Origin: Lenisia limosa
Taxonomy: Eukaryota > Protista > Breviatea
Direction of reading: 5' to 3'
DNA length: 32,511 bases
NCBI GenBank assembly: GCA_001655205.1
Contig: LPNZ01009474.1
Location: 1-32,511, forward strand
Shown here: piece after piece, positions 12,285 to 24,200 of the stretch
Layout: each line of letters starts with the position of its first letter
How positions within the stretch are numbered: position 1 is the first letter of the stretch
The notes under the pieces: generated by a model
Database searches by the model: none
Told to the model about the DNA's origin: nothing
The model's input: the letters and a program-made list of their open reading frames with translations, nothing else
Translations under genes and position numbers: made by a program

Positions 12285-15117
12285 CTAGCTTTTGAAAAGG
12301 GACGCGATATAGATGTCACGCCCAGGTACTTCAGGTCGGGGAATGGGAGTGGCAAAACCTACAAGCTGAACGGTGATGATGATTGATAGAAGGCCAACCT
12401 TTGGAATGACGTCGTAGTTTACTCTCCTTCCCTTAGAACCTTTTCTATCTACCTTCTTGCGGGTCTTAGTTTTGAGCTTCTCTGCTGCAAGCCATTCTTG
12501 TGTAGCTTGAAGAGGATCGTCTAACGTGGTGACAAAGCAAGAGCGAAAGTAAACAAGGTAGATGCAAGCTCACGAGTGGCAGCGCTAGCGACTGTTGATT
12601 CAACAGCTTCTTTGACAAGAATGTGGTGGAAATCAGAATCATCATAAACCTCATTATCATGATGGTCAAAGAGCTAGATCGTCAATTCGAAAATACCACT
12701 AACATCTCGCCCAGCACGATCCTGAGTCACTTTCATTCTGGATTTTGTTTGCCCCAAAACCTAAAGGGTGATTTAATGTTGTATAAAGAGAATACAAGAA
12801 TTACATCACTTTATGATGAAGCTACAATGTATCATGTTTTATTGTCGCAAACAGTATAAGATCCACGCTTCAGTCTTGACCGTGTCAGAACTCTTTCACG
12901 GTCGTTCAAAACAGATTCAATTTGGTCGTTTGTTGACTAAAAGTAAACTATCTGAGGCTTGGGTACCTTGCTGAGTGCTTTGAATTCTTTTTGATTTGTA
13001 CCAGTGGCGAGAGCAACTTTAGCACTCCACTTATCAATTGAGTCAAGCTTGAACTTTTGGAACCTAGATTATATATAACCCAAGCAAACCTTGAGTTGCT
13101 TGATTTCGCCATTTTCCAAAGGTTATTAGGAGCAGCGTCATCCAGCTGAATATAGTCACGTACACAACCTTCTCACCTCATCAACCGGTCCAAGGTCTCC
13201 GATATCTTTGCGGTCTTTTGACATGGTCTAAAATGTCATATCACTGACACTCTTCAAGTGACCAAAGAATCCTCACCCTTCTAAATTGAATGAGTTCCTT
13301 CAAAAGGTCCTCAGCCTCCTTGATTCCTTCATCTAACGCGTCGACAATGCCTTCGTCCTTCTTAAAGAAGCTCAGAGTATCATGCTATATATCGTGAAGG
13401 AATTTTTTTTCCATGAAAGATAAAGAAGGAGAGAATGAAACTATTTACTGAAGAGATGACCAACATGGGGAAGACAGTTGGCAGCCTGGAGAGCAGGGTG
13501 AAGTAGAACTCTGCTGTCAATAGAGCGACGCCAAAGTGTCTGGGGGGGGGGGNNNNNNNNNNNNNNNNNNNNNNNNNNNNNNNNNNNNNNNNNNNNNNNN
13601 NNNNNNNNNNNNNNNNNNNNNNNNNNNNNNNNNNNNNNNNNNNNNNNNNNNNNNNNNNNNNNNNNNNNNNNNNNNNNNNNNNNNNNNNNNNNNNNNNNNN
13701 NNNNNNNNNNNNNNNNNNNNNNNNNNNNNNNNNNNNNNNNNNNNNNNNNNNNNNNNNNNNNNNNNNNNNNNNNNNNNNNNNNNNNNNNNNNNNNNNNNNN
13801 NNNNNNNNNNNNNNNNNNNNNNNNNNNNNNNNNNNNNNNNNNNNNNNNNNNNNNNNNNNNNNNNNNGCTGAAACACATTAGGGTTAATAAAAACAACAAC
13901 AAAACAAAGTCAGACCAGTCGCTTCGTTAGATAAAAAACATGTAGTACATAATATGTATGTATCTGGGCATGATTAAAGCCGGTATACTTCAATCACCGT
14001 TAATAAGATGGGGGGAGATATTGTCGTGAAATTCCATTTTCTTTCAGGTTCACCCCCCTACTCCCATCTATTATCCATCCAAAACCCTTATTCACTAGCT
14101 TCCTAAAATAAATATCAATGTTGTTTTTTGGCAATTTGGACCATACCCCCACCTTAAAATTGCTGATTACACCCACAACACTACCCCCCTCATACATGCA
14201 TCACACAGCATCTTTCAACCCCCCTCCCCACACCTAGACTGACAATTGACTTCTCAATCCTTCCATACAATAATCATAATAATATTAATGTCAATAAACC
14301 AGCTCCTCAAATATTCATTTATCTTCGATATCTGACTCACCTTTTGATTTTTTGCATGGACAGCCTTCTTTTCCTCCGACTGTTGAGAAGATTTCAGCTT
14401 TTCAACCTGAAGTCTGTTCCCATTAGTGATGAATTTCACCCAACTTTTCTTCAATTTGAATTTCTTTGAGTTCATCTTCGATTTTCTTCTTTTCAGCCTC
14501 AAGGTCATCCTCCCCCATCCCCGTTGCAAGCATTGCAGTCATTGTTTGACCCTTCTCTTGAAAGATGATACCACGATTCTCTAACAAACCTTCGTTGTCT
14601 TCTTCATCTGAAGTTTCCTCATCTTCTTCCAATTCTGATTCAAAATCATTTTCTTCTTCATTGAAATCATCTTCTTCCTCATCACTGCTACTCATCGCAT
14701 CGAGATCATGAGTTTCTTGTTCTTGGACATGAGGAAGAAAGGACGACTGTAAACTTACCAAAAAATGCATTTCGAGAAGCCTTTTTACCAGAATACTACA
14801 GTGATCAGCGAATGAAGGGCATGCAGGTGCACATAAGAAAACAGGGTGATGTACCTTTCCTTTAGACAGGCTTTGATCAACTCCACGAAGTCTTCGGCCT
14901 TCATTTTTGGATGATGGCTTCTTTCTAAGGGGAATTATGAGTTCAGGTATTTTGTGAAGCCAACCCGGTATCAATTTTGGTATCAAAAGTTTCAAAATGT
15001 GCATGATCAAGTCCAAAATCATCAGGATCGTCCGCTTCTAGATGGTAAAATATTTCGTGAATAATTACCTGGAGAAGCAGACATCAAAGAGTCCAAGGAC
15101 AGTTTACTACTCATCAT
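12285..15117 (-). CDS. AATF: AATF / Bfr2 (small-subunit processome component)
   Basis: MMSSKLSLDSLMSASPEADDPD...GRRLRG...YSGKKASR, acidic tract, KAVHAKNQK|TLWRRSIDSRVLLHPAL, and the TRAUB-type C-terminus VYDDSDFHHILVKE...QEWLAAEKLKTKTRKKVDRKGSKGRRVNYDVIPKLVGFATP...IASLFKS*. Confidence 0.93.
13553..13866. other. Assembly gap preceded by G11 (AATF intron)
   Basis: N run directly after poly-G at 13542-13552. Confidence 0.95.
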
Positions 15118-15564
15118 TTTCTTCTTATTTCCCGATAGCAGAGCAGATTTATTTGGTTGTTACTTTGTAATTTGTGGAGAAAACAAAAAGCCACTGAAAC
15201 ATGGAGTAGTAGAATATATTATTTAAGTTGAAAAGTTGGAAGTAAAGTGTCAAAGTGCTTAATTCCCTCAAGCTGGCCTCAAGCAATTGAAGCAACCACA
15301 AACAATACTCTTGCCGCTTCTGCTGCGAGACACACTCCCTCCTCCTTCTCTGCTTCAAGCCATCGAGTTCGTCTCTTCGAGGTACTGACTGTCATCCTTG
15401 TTGAAGAAAGACCAAAACTCCAAAACTTAAGAGTAAGGGACTCTAACTCTGTACGTCGGCTACCTGGTCATATACGCATTGTCCCGAAGATATTTTGGGG
15501 ATTCGCAAAATAGTAATTCCTCAGTTTCTCTTCAGCAACCGACACCCTCAACCCATTGACCAAA
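15118..15564. promoter_or_regulatory. Divergent interval between AATF and the ANK-kinase-PARP gene (may include extra 5' exons)
   Basis: 447 nt between divergent ATGs; contains splice-like signals (see findings). Confidence 0.35.
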
Positions 15565-18500
15565 ATGGCCAGTAAGATGAAAAGTTTAAAAGCATTGCAA
15601 GGTGCAATCCTTTCAAAGGTGGGCTAGAAATTGGTTTAACCATTGGGTAATAAAAACCTTATTGTTTTTAGAATCTTTGGGAGGCAATTGAAAAAAATAA
15701 TATTGAGCAAACAAAGCGCTACATTATCGAAGGTGGCGATCTTGATTTCAAACTGAACGGAGTTTGTGGGGTTTTGTTTTCTTGGATGAAGTGAAGACCG
15801 GTTGAGATAGGGGTTTTTAAAACCATTTTAAAAGACATGTTTTTTTTTTTTTTTTTTTACATTCATAGCCCAATAAGGTATACTCTCTATTTTTGTGAAA
15901 CCGTTTTTAAACTAAGTGTATTGAAATAAACTAATAACTAACACACAATAGCCCTTCTCGTCGAAGGAGCTTGCCTATATGGCTTCGACTCAAATGAAAT
16001 CGCTCATCAAGTATTACGTTCGCGGGATGAATAAATCTTAAAGTAGTACTACTTTTGCATGAATTTCTTCTGTCCTTAACATTTCTTGAATGTTACTCCA
16101 GTTATATTTTTTTTAACAAGTCCTATTTAGGAAGTATTCCCACTTCATTGGGCTTCAGAGTTTGGAAACAAAGAAATGGTCTCAAATATGCTTGCAAAAA
16201 AACATGACGTCAATGGGCTTGACAAAGAAGTATGATAACCACCCAAACACCCCCTTTTCATTTGAGTTAATTTCTCATATTATAGGATAACACTCCCCTT
16301 CATAAGGCATGTGCATCAGGAAATATACTGGTGGTGGATGTACTTCTTCAGAATGGAGCCTCTTTGAGTTTGAAAAACAAGGTAATCGCCTATTTGCTTA
16401 CGGTGTAGTTTGTGCCAGAAACCAAAAAAGGAGCACCAGTTTGTTCCGAAGCTATTCCCGGTGATAATCCATTGTTTGTAGCATGTCAAAATGGACATGT
16501 TGATATTGTTGAAAAATTGATACGCAGTGGTGAAGATTTGTTCTCAAAAAATAACTCCGTTTGACTTTTTTTATCCATCTTATGTTAGGGAGACTCTGTT
16601 CTTGATGTTCTCTTTAGAAGAGGGGAATTCAAAAATAACATCTACAAACTTGTCGTTTGCTCGTTTTCTTATTTCTGACCATTAGACCCTTCATCAACAA
16701 CGACATTCACACAAACTTAATGAGAGGTTTGAGGAGCTCCAAAATGTAAGGTCTTTCAAAGTAGTAATCCTTCAGAATGTGGAGCATAAAGTAAGAAATT
16801 TTTCTTCCGTGAACCAGAAAGAGGTTATTGAAAAATTGTACTGTTTGTTAAGCGATGTTGGTTTTATTTATTTTGATTGAAGCAGAATGAAAAACAGGCA
16901 AGTCAACCCCAAGAATCCATAGACCCACCTCTTGCATCGGTATTTAGCTATTGCCATTTGACGTTTTAGAATGAAATTTTTGATGTAGTAACCCGTTACG
17001 TCAATGACCCCAATATGGACACAGCTTGCAACCCTCTCCAAGAAGAACTCTTCAAACAACAACGGCTCTCAATTAAGAGAGTGTGTTATCTTTTCGGCTA
17101 TCTACGAGGTGAAATTCAAATTGGTGGAGTTGCTGTTGCCTCAATACTCTCGCAATTGGCTAATTTTGCAAAAAAATACCTCATTGACCTCAAAAATCTG
17201 CTTGTTGACCATTGGAAACAAGAAATGGGGTTAGCTAATATCATCTCTTAGAATTTTCCTGTTTCATACTTATATTCTTTCAGACCAATGCACTCTCTTG
17301 AAAGTGACTTAGAGAGATTGAAGAAAGATTTTGAAGGACTGTCATCCTCAAATCAGTGCATGTGTTCAGCATTGACACTTCAAAAAGCGGATGATATGAA
17401 CACAAAAATGAAGGTTTGCTCAGCGCTTCTGCTTTTTTTGTTCTGTCAATAAGATTTCATTATTTTCAGCGCTGTCGAAGTGCTCTGAGCAATATTGAAC
17501 GGTTAAATGACGAGAATTCTCCAACAATCAACCAAAAAAATGAGCTCCTTGCTGATTTCGTTTCTTTTATGGAGAGTTCTGATAGTACGTTTAGAATGGT
17601 ATTGTTGACAACTCACTTTTTAGATATTGAAAACAGAAGAGATGGAAAATATGATATGACTGAAGCTCTTGATACTGTCAGAACCATTGAAAACGAGTTG
17701 GAAAGAGTATCCAGCCAGTTCGCAGAGTTTGATAAATCCATTCAAGACAAAATCTACTTCACTTCGGACTTAATAACAGCCACAACAAGACTGATAGACT
17801 TTTCAGAAGTAGCAATCAAGGCTACAACTAATCATCAATTAGACGAGGTTCGTGAGGCTAAGACATTTGTGGATCATTTCTTTCCATATGTTTCTTATAC
17901 GTAGCTAAATACATGTTCTTTCTCACTTATAGCACTTGTCAAGCTTCTAAGTCTTTAGGCAAACCTTCAATTTTGCGAAGGGTATGACTCATTACGTGAT
18001 TCCATGGAAGATACTTTGAGACGATTGAACGAAATTCCCCGACTTCAGACTGAAAGAATTTTACAGAATACTTGTCAAATTGATGTAAGAGCACCTGTTA
18101 TAAAATTAATTTTGCATGTTCATTGCCATTCTGGTGTCATGTTTTAGCTGTCGCACTTTAACCAATTGATCAAAGAAGTTGAGAGAAAGTACACGGAAAA
18201 TTATCAAGGTTACATCCAGGAGAGCTTCAATGTGGAACAGGTAGGTTATTTTTTTGTCGTCACTTTTCAGATATCAAAACGTGCTTATGAGTTCCTTTCG
18301 AAAATCAAGGAAGCAGAACAGTATACTGATATCCAAAAACTTACAGATGCTCATAAAGCATACTTGCAAGCCAAAACAGACTACGATATTAAGGATTCGG
18401 TTGAAAAAACTTTGACAGCAAGTTTGTTCCACTTCTCTAGTCTTACTTGAACAGAAAATGCCTACCTAAGAATTAGACAGAAATATCTTCAATTTGCTGC

Positions 18501-21079
18501 AACACTGTACCCTGAATTCAAGTTTGATAAAATGGTAACACGTGGTTGTTTTCATTCTGTAGTTCCAACAAGCTACTGGTGTAGTGGACATGTTGTACAA
18601 CCCCTTGCTTGATATGGAAAATGATTACAAAGTAAGGGCTCGAAGTGTGAAACGTATTCTTAAATTCCATTTAGGAGTCAGAGTATCCACTTCAAGAGAG
18701 CAATAACAGCATCATTGCCCTGGTTCATCTTGAGAGCGGAGAGGAGGTCGTTCATAAGGTATGAAGGTTTCAGGTCAACTTCATGGAAATGGCCATTTAT
18801 GTTTCACCTTTTTAGTCTGTGAGCAGATCCATAGCAAGATCAGAACTCTCAGTCGCTCTCACACTGAAACATCCATCAATCCTCTCCCCCTTAAAGTAAG
18901 TCCATGATTGCCTTTAATTATTCTAGGTATTTTAATTCAGGCTCTCATACAACTATTCTCGAATTTCCGCGAATGAAAGAATCCCTCTACCAATTTCTTT
19001 TGAAAGAGCCTTGTCTGTCCCCCGAAGAAGTGATCCAAAAATGTTACGACTTATCCCAAGCTCTCTATCACATCCACTCTCAGAATATTACTCATCGTGA
19101 TATCAAAGTTTGTCATGAGCTTTAAAATTTTTTACAATTTAGCCCCAAAACATTTTGGTTGATAAGAGCGGCCGACTTTTGCTGACCGACTTTGGTATCA
19201 GTAATGTTGGTTTGGGAGTGTAATGGATAAAGTAACCCATTAGATGGACACCTTCAAAACCATTCAACAAACATTCGTTAACTCAACTAGCATTGGTGGT
19301 GGTACTCCTGCTTATATGGCTCCTGAAGTCGGTTATTCATTCGCATAACATTTTTAGTGTTTTATATCCAAAGTTCAAAATGAAGATCTTTCTAAATGTG
19401 ATGTTTACTCCTTAGGTACTTTTGGGTAGTATAATAGTACTTATCTCCAAGGTCTTGTTTTCTTTTCTCTGCTTGTCCCCGAGTCATTGAAATCGATTTC
19501 TGCTTTGAATATACAAACTTGGTAATTGGCAAAGAAATGATTAGATGTGCCAGCGATTGTTTTTGCTTTCACCACTTAGGGCTGACATCTCGCAAAGTTT
19601 TGCTCAAAATATTCCACTACTCGAAACATTGATTAAATCCATGTTAAATCAGATTCCGTCGCAAAGACCTACAGCTCAGGAACTTGTTGAAACAATTGGT
19701 GATGTAAGTTACAAGACATGGTAATAATTTTGTAGATCCAAGCAAAGTTCTTCAAAGAACAGAATCGTCACTCAACAGCCAACCTGTAAGCATAACATTG
19801 ACGCAATTAATCATCAAAAAGGATGAAACTGAAAAAAACAACTGAGCTTCTGAAATCTGTATCTGATGAGAATAAAAAGCAAAGGTTGGTTGGATGCGAC
19901 AAGGATTAATGATATTATATAGTCGTCAACTCCAAGAAAGCAGAAATACTGTTACGTTTCTCAAGGTTCGATTAGAATTCACTCTTTCAATACAAAACAG
20001 AAAATAGACTGAATGACCACTAACTTCTACAGGAAATCAACAAGGATTGTAATCCCCCTGTGTACTGGACCTCCAAATCTCCGTAAGATAGTAAATCATT
20101 TCATTGTTTAAGGTACTCCCAAACCAATCTGGATGGAACAAAAACTATGAATGAAATACGTGAGATACTTAAGACAGGTTGCAAGCGTAAGTCCTTGTTC
20201 AAGGAGCTTGACTTTCTAGACAACTGTAGTGGTCGGGATGGGGTACGTATAATGGTACCTGAGGTTTGTGATGCTGTTATTAAGTTATTCACATTCTTAA
20301 GATCAGTGAGGTGTACCGTGTAGAAAACACAAAGCTGTGGAAGCGGTATTCATCAGCAAGACAGAATATTGCTGATTTATCTCGGGAAACTTCAGGCGTT
20401 TCGGTTTGCCAGCCTACCTTTTCTAACACCAAATAGACTCGAAGTGACATTTGGTTGAAAAATGGAAGTTTGATGAAAGCTGCCGGCGAAGTTTATCTTG
20501 TTCATGGATGCCCCAATATAGTAGGACCTGAGGTTTTTTTATCAAATAGGCGTTGGACAACATTAAGCACTATGGATTTGACATCCGATACGCTTCAAGA
20601 TCAGCTTTTGGCAAGGGTATTTATTTTGCAGACCAAGTGAGATTGACTAAAGTTTTAACATCTCAGCTGTGTAAATCAACGCAGTACATCAACGAAATGA
20701 ACAAGGGTCATTTAATTATCTCAAGGTTTGATTGATGAAGACCTTCCTTATTGTTGAAGAGTTTGCCTTGGTACTGTGGCCGAAACAGATTCTTCCCAGG
20801 AATGCGAAGTAAGTTTCTTTCATTTTCAATCTCAAAAATAGGACCTCAGAACTGAGCCTTGCTTGGTGAATTATAGTACCGGTAAACTGCAGAATTGCGT
20901 AAGGAATTTGTTAATCATTCTCTTTTCTAGACATGTACCCCGCACCATTGCAGTAATTCTCTTTACGCTAAGTTCAAGCATAATGAATATGTCATCTTTG
21001 AAGGAGCCCAAGTAGGAATAGATTATGTAAATTGACAATGTAGTGTTATCCTGAATACGTCATTGAGCTGAAGTGGTAA
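15565..21079 (+). CDS. Multidomain ankyrin-repeat / alpha-helical / Ser-Thr protein kinase / PARP-catalytic (ADP-ribosyltransferase) fusion protein
   Basis: Ankyrin repeats (FPLHWASEFGN, TPLHKACASGN, NPLFVACQNGH; about 15672-16620). Kinase about 18615-19710 (VVHK, alphaC Glu in ARSEL, HRDIKPQN, DFG, GTPAYMAPE, DVYSLG, RPTAQE). PARP domain about 20033-21079 (PVYW, VYRVEN..LW.RY, YLVHG, FGKGIYFA, KSTQY, RVCLG, NEYVIFEGAQCYPEYVI). A canonical GT-AG path joins the domains without stops; the start ATG is tentative and some junctions in the helical region are ambiguous. Confidence 0.88.
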
Positions 21080-21203
21080 TTTTTTTGTGTGTAATACTTA
21101 AACTGTTCCTTATTTTCATTTTCTCTTGTCCAATAAACATCTCATTTATCAAAGGAAGACTGGAAGATCAAAAACTAATCATAGATTATTCATAAATCAC
21201 AAT

Positions 21204-24200
21204 TTACTCCTCTGCCTCAGCCAAACTCAGAAATACCTAGAAAGTCAGAAACTTCAGAATGGTTGAATCAACACACATCTTCCAACGAAGTCATAGAGAT
21301 TTCAACCTCGTTGCAGCACAGCTCATCTTGTGTCTTGATGTGACTTATTATCTGGGAGATAACATTTCAACATTCATCATACTTTTGGAATTTGTGACGC
21401 ATACAACTCAGGTACTGAAAATGTAACACAATCTGATCTAAAATGTCATCTTTCAAAAAAGATCCGACTTCATTCTGAGCTTAGACGCGAATGTGTAAAA
21501 GGAAGACACTCTTCTGGTAAGCAGCTTAGGTTTTGATGTGAAAAATTGGATCTATCATTGTGTAAACTTATAAGAGAGCTTGCCCACGATATAACCTGGA
21601 CCGTATTTGTTTTTGAGATGCAGAGATGAGCCCAATGCTGATACTACAAATGAGAAATCAAAGAAATTTCGGATACCTTTTCCCTTAGACATAATCACAA
21701 TTTTATCAGACAAAATTGATGCTTCCTCCATTGAGTGCTAAGAAGGTCACCAACAAAAAGTATTACAGTTGTCAGAACAATCACTCTGTCTTTCTTGGCT
21801 TTTTCCATAAATGACCAAACTTGTCTGCGTGACATAGGATCCATACCAGTGGTCTATACGGTGAGAGAGCATCAGTCCTACGGGCTCATCGAGGAACACA
21901 ATTCTGGGGTCTCCAACCATAGCAATAGCAACACTGAGTCGACGTTTTGTACCACCACTACTCTGTCAGAAGAACAAAATACACACCTGAAGGACCTTGC
22001 TGCAGAGTGGGCAACAGACTCCAAGTTCAATTCCTCAAGACGTGATGCAATTTCATCTTCAACCTAAAAGTCAGTCATTAGCAAAGACAAATGACGCACC
22101 AAATAGTCAGGGATACCCTTCATGCAGGAAAAGAGTTCAATATGTTCAGAACTGGTAAGGTCGTCGAAGAGAATGTCATGTTGGGGGCCTTGTCCGTGAA
22201 ACAGATCAAGATTAACAGATCCCCAATCCCAGCATACATACACCAAGGATAGCTCTGATATTCTGCATTTGAGATGAGATTGGGAAACCTCCAATAAGTG
22301 CATCTCCTGAATTGTAAAGTCAGAAGGCACTCACCAGCTGATGGTCCAAACATTCCAGTAAGCATATTGATTGTTGTTGTTTTACCGGCGCCGTTATGTC
22401 CAAGAAGACATAGGAGGTGACTCTTTTGGGCGTCAAATGTGATACCTTGAACTGCATGAAACACTCTTTTCCCGCAGCATCCTGAAAGGTATCAGCATGA
22501 AGTCGTTCAACCTTTTTTGGCAACAAAAGTCTTCTCAAGATTAACAACAGAGAGTTCAGCAGGATTTTCATTATCTAAAACCATCATGGTCAAGAACTAT
22601 TCCTACTGATAACTCTGCAGTGCTCTTGCCAAACATCCCGAGGCATTTCTTCCTCAAGATCCTTTGATGGTGTTGCCTTGCTCAGGTTATGGGAGTGAGG
22701 CTTCGCTAAAAAGTAAAGACTACTCCCTCTACTTACAACTCCAATAAGAAGGAAGGAGGAAGTACCACGGTTTCAAGGATATTCCAAAGGAACCTATGAT
22801 ATCTATCAAGATGGAAATACGGCCAACCTTTCATGACATTATCCAGATACATGCCAAGAACAGTGAAGAATACAGCGGAAAAAGCAAGCCACTTGTAGAC
22901 CTGTAGATGAGAAGATGAAACTGTGACCAACAGTTAAGAGGGGCCAGAAACCATCATTGATGTCACTCCATCTCATTCCATCAGAATCGGCTCTAGCACT
23001 ATATGAAGATATGACGGATATGCCTCGGCTCAGCATCACGAAAGGGAAAATAGAAACGACATTCTGCGAAGTGAACAAAAGCACTTCTTACTTGAGTAGT
23101 TGAATCCATTTCGGGATCAAAGATGAAGCCAGAAATGAGTTGCGCTAAGAGACCAACTAAAAACAGAGTGAATCCGAAGCTTGTAGCAGTTCGAGCCCTA
23201 AATTGTCAACAATAAAATATTGCAAACTTTGACACAAAGGCAGTCATAGTGACCGTGAAAGGGGTCATGCTCACTGCAGTCAAGAGAAAAAGGATGATGT
23301 AGGTCATTGGTTCATTCTGTTGAATCAAATGGGATTATACAGCAAACTTTCGTGAAGAAATTAAAATCAAAAGCCAAACTCGAACTAATGAGAAGAATCA
23401 CAGTTACAAAATTGAAGAACTACACTCATAAGCAAGAAACTTCATACAATGTTGTTGAAGTACCAAGACATCCAGTATGCCGAGTCTCTCATTCCCATGA
23501 CACTCATGCTTTCGCGAAGATGTACTTCTTTTTCAAGAACAATCTGGCCTGACAAAATCATAATACCTACTAACATACCCAACTGTAGAACGCTATTGAA
23601 GCATAAGGCACCAAAGAAGAAAACAGGCCCCTGCTCAGCAACAACTGGATCACAAGTGAGTAGATCACAAAAGAACAAACCATCATAGGGATTAATTTCA
23701 GGATGAGGCATATCACTTCGTTGGACTTCATAGTGAAAATTGGGATTATCTGATGACCACTTCACTGCATGGTGGTAAGTTTCTTTAATAATTCCTACTA
23801 ATGGCTCTCTCGACTGCAACTTGAAGCGGAATTAGTACCTCAATTGAAGGGTAGTACGGCTTCTTCCTCAAATAGGTAAGTGTCTTGTTGTATTGGATAT
23901 TGTAGGAGATTCGTTGGGTCCCCTCATCAGTCGTCTCCACCGCAATCACCAAGCCTGGTCAATAAGATTACAGAATGAAACAGAAAGGCTGAATAATCTA
24001 CTCACCAGATTGAGTGAAGTTACTCTTGGAGTAGAAAGCGTCGTCCATTTGACTTGAAGATTCATATCGTGAGTACTTCCCTTCACCGATGCCATTGTCA
24101 AGGAGAAGCTGATCTGTCATGGATAACAATAGGGCAAACATAATTGATGATGGGCATTGCAGCGTCGTTAGCAACAAAACCAAGCGTCTCACATGATGTC

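Noticed and set aside
13540-14340. Intronic snoRNA in the ribosome-biogenesis gene AATF
   Set aside because: No paired C (RUGAUGA) and D (CUGA) boxes with a terminal stem were seen by eye; part of the intron is a gap, so an Infernal scan would still be needed.
18417-18454. Apparent GC-AG intron (aca|gcaagt) in the ANK-kinase-PARP gene
   Set aside because: The GC donor gives the wrong phase; the nearby GT donor (gtttgt) restores the frame (TLTAKNAYLRIRQKY).
21735-23688. Plus-strand ORFs overlapping ABCA copy 1 (and similar antisense ORFs at 1817-2104, 6697-6888, 28948-29223, 30790-31059, 31805-32017)
   Set aside because: Antisense shadows of confidently assigned coding exons.
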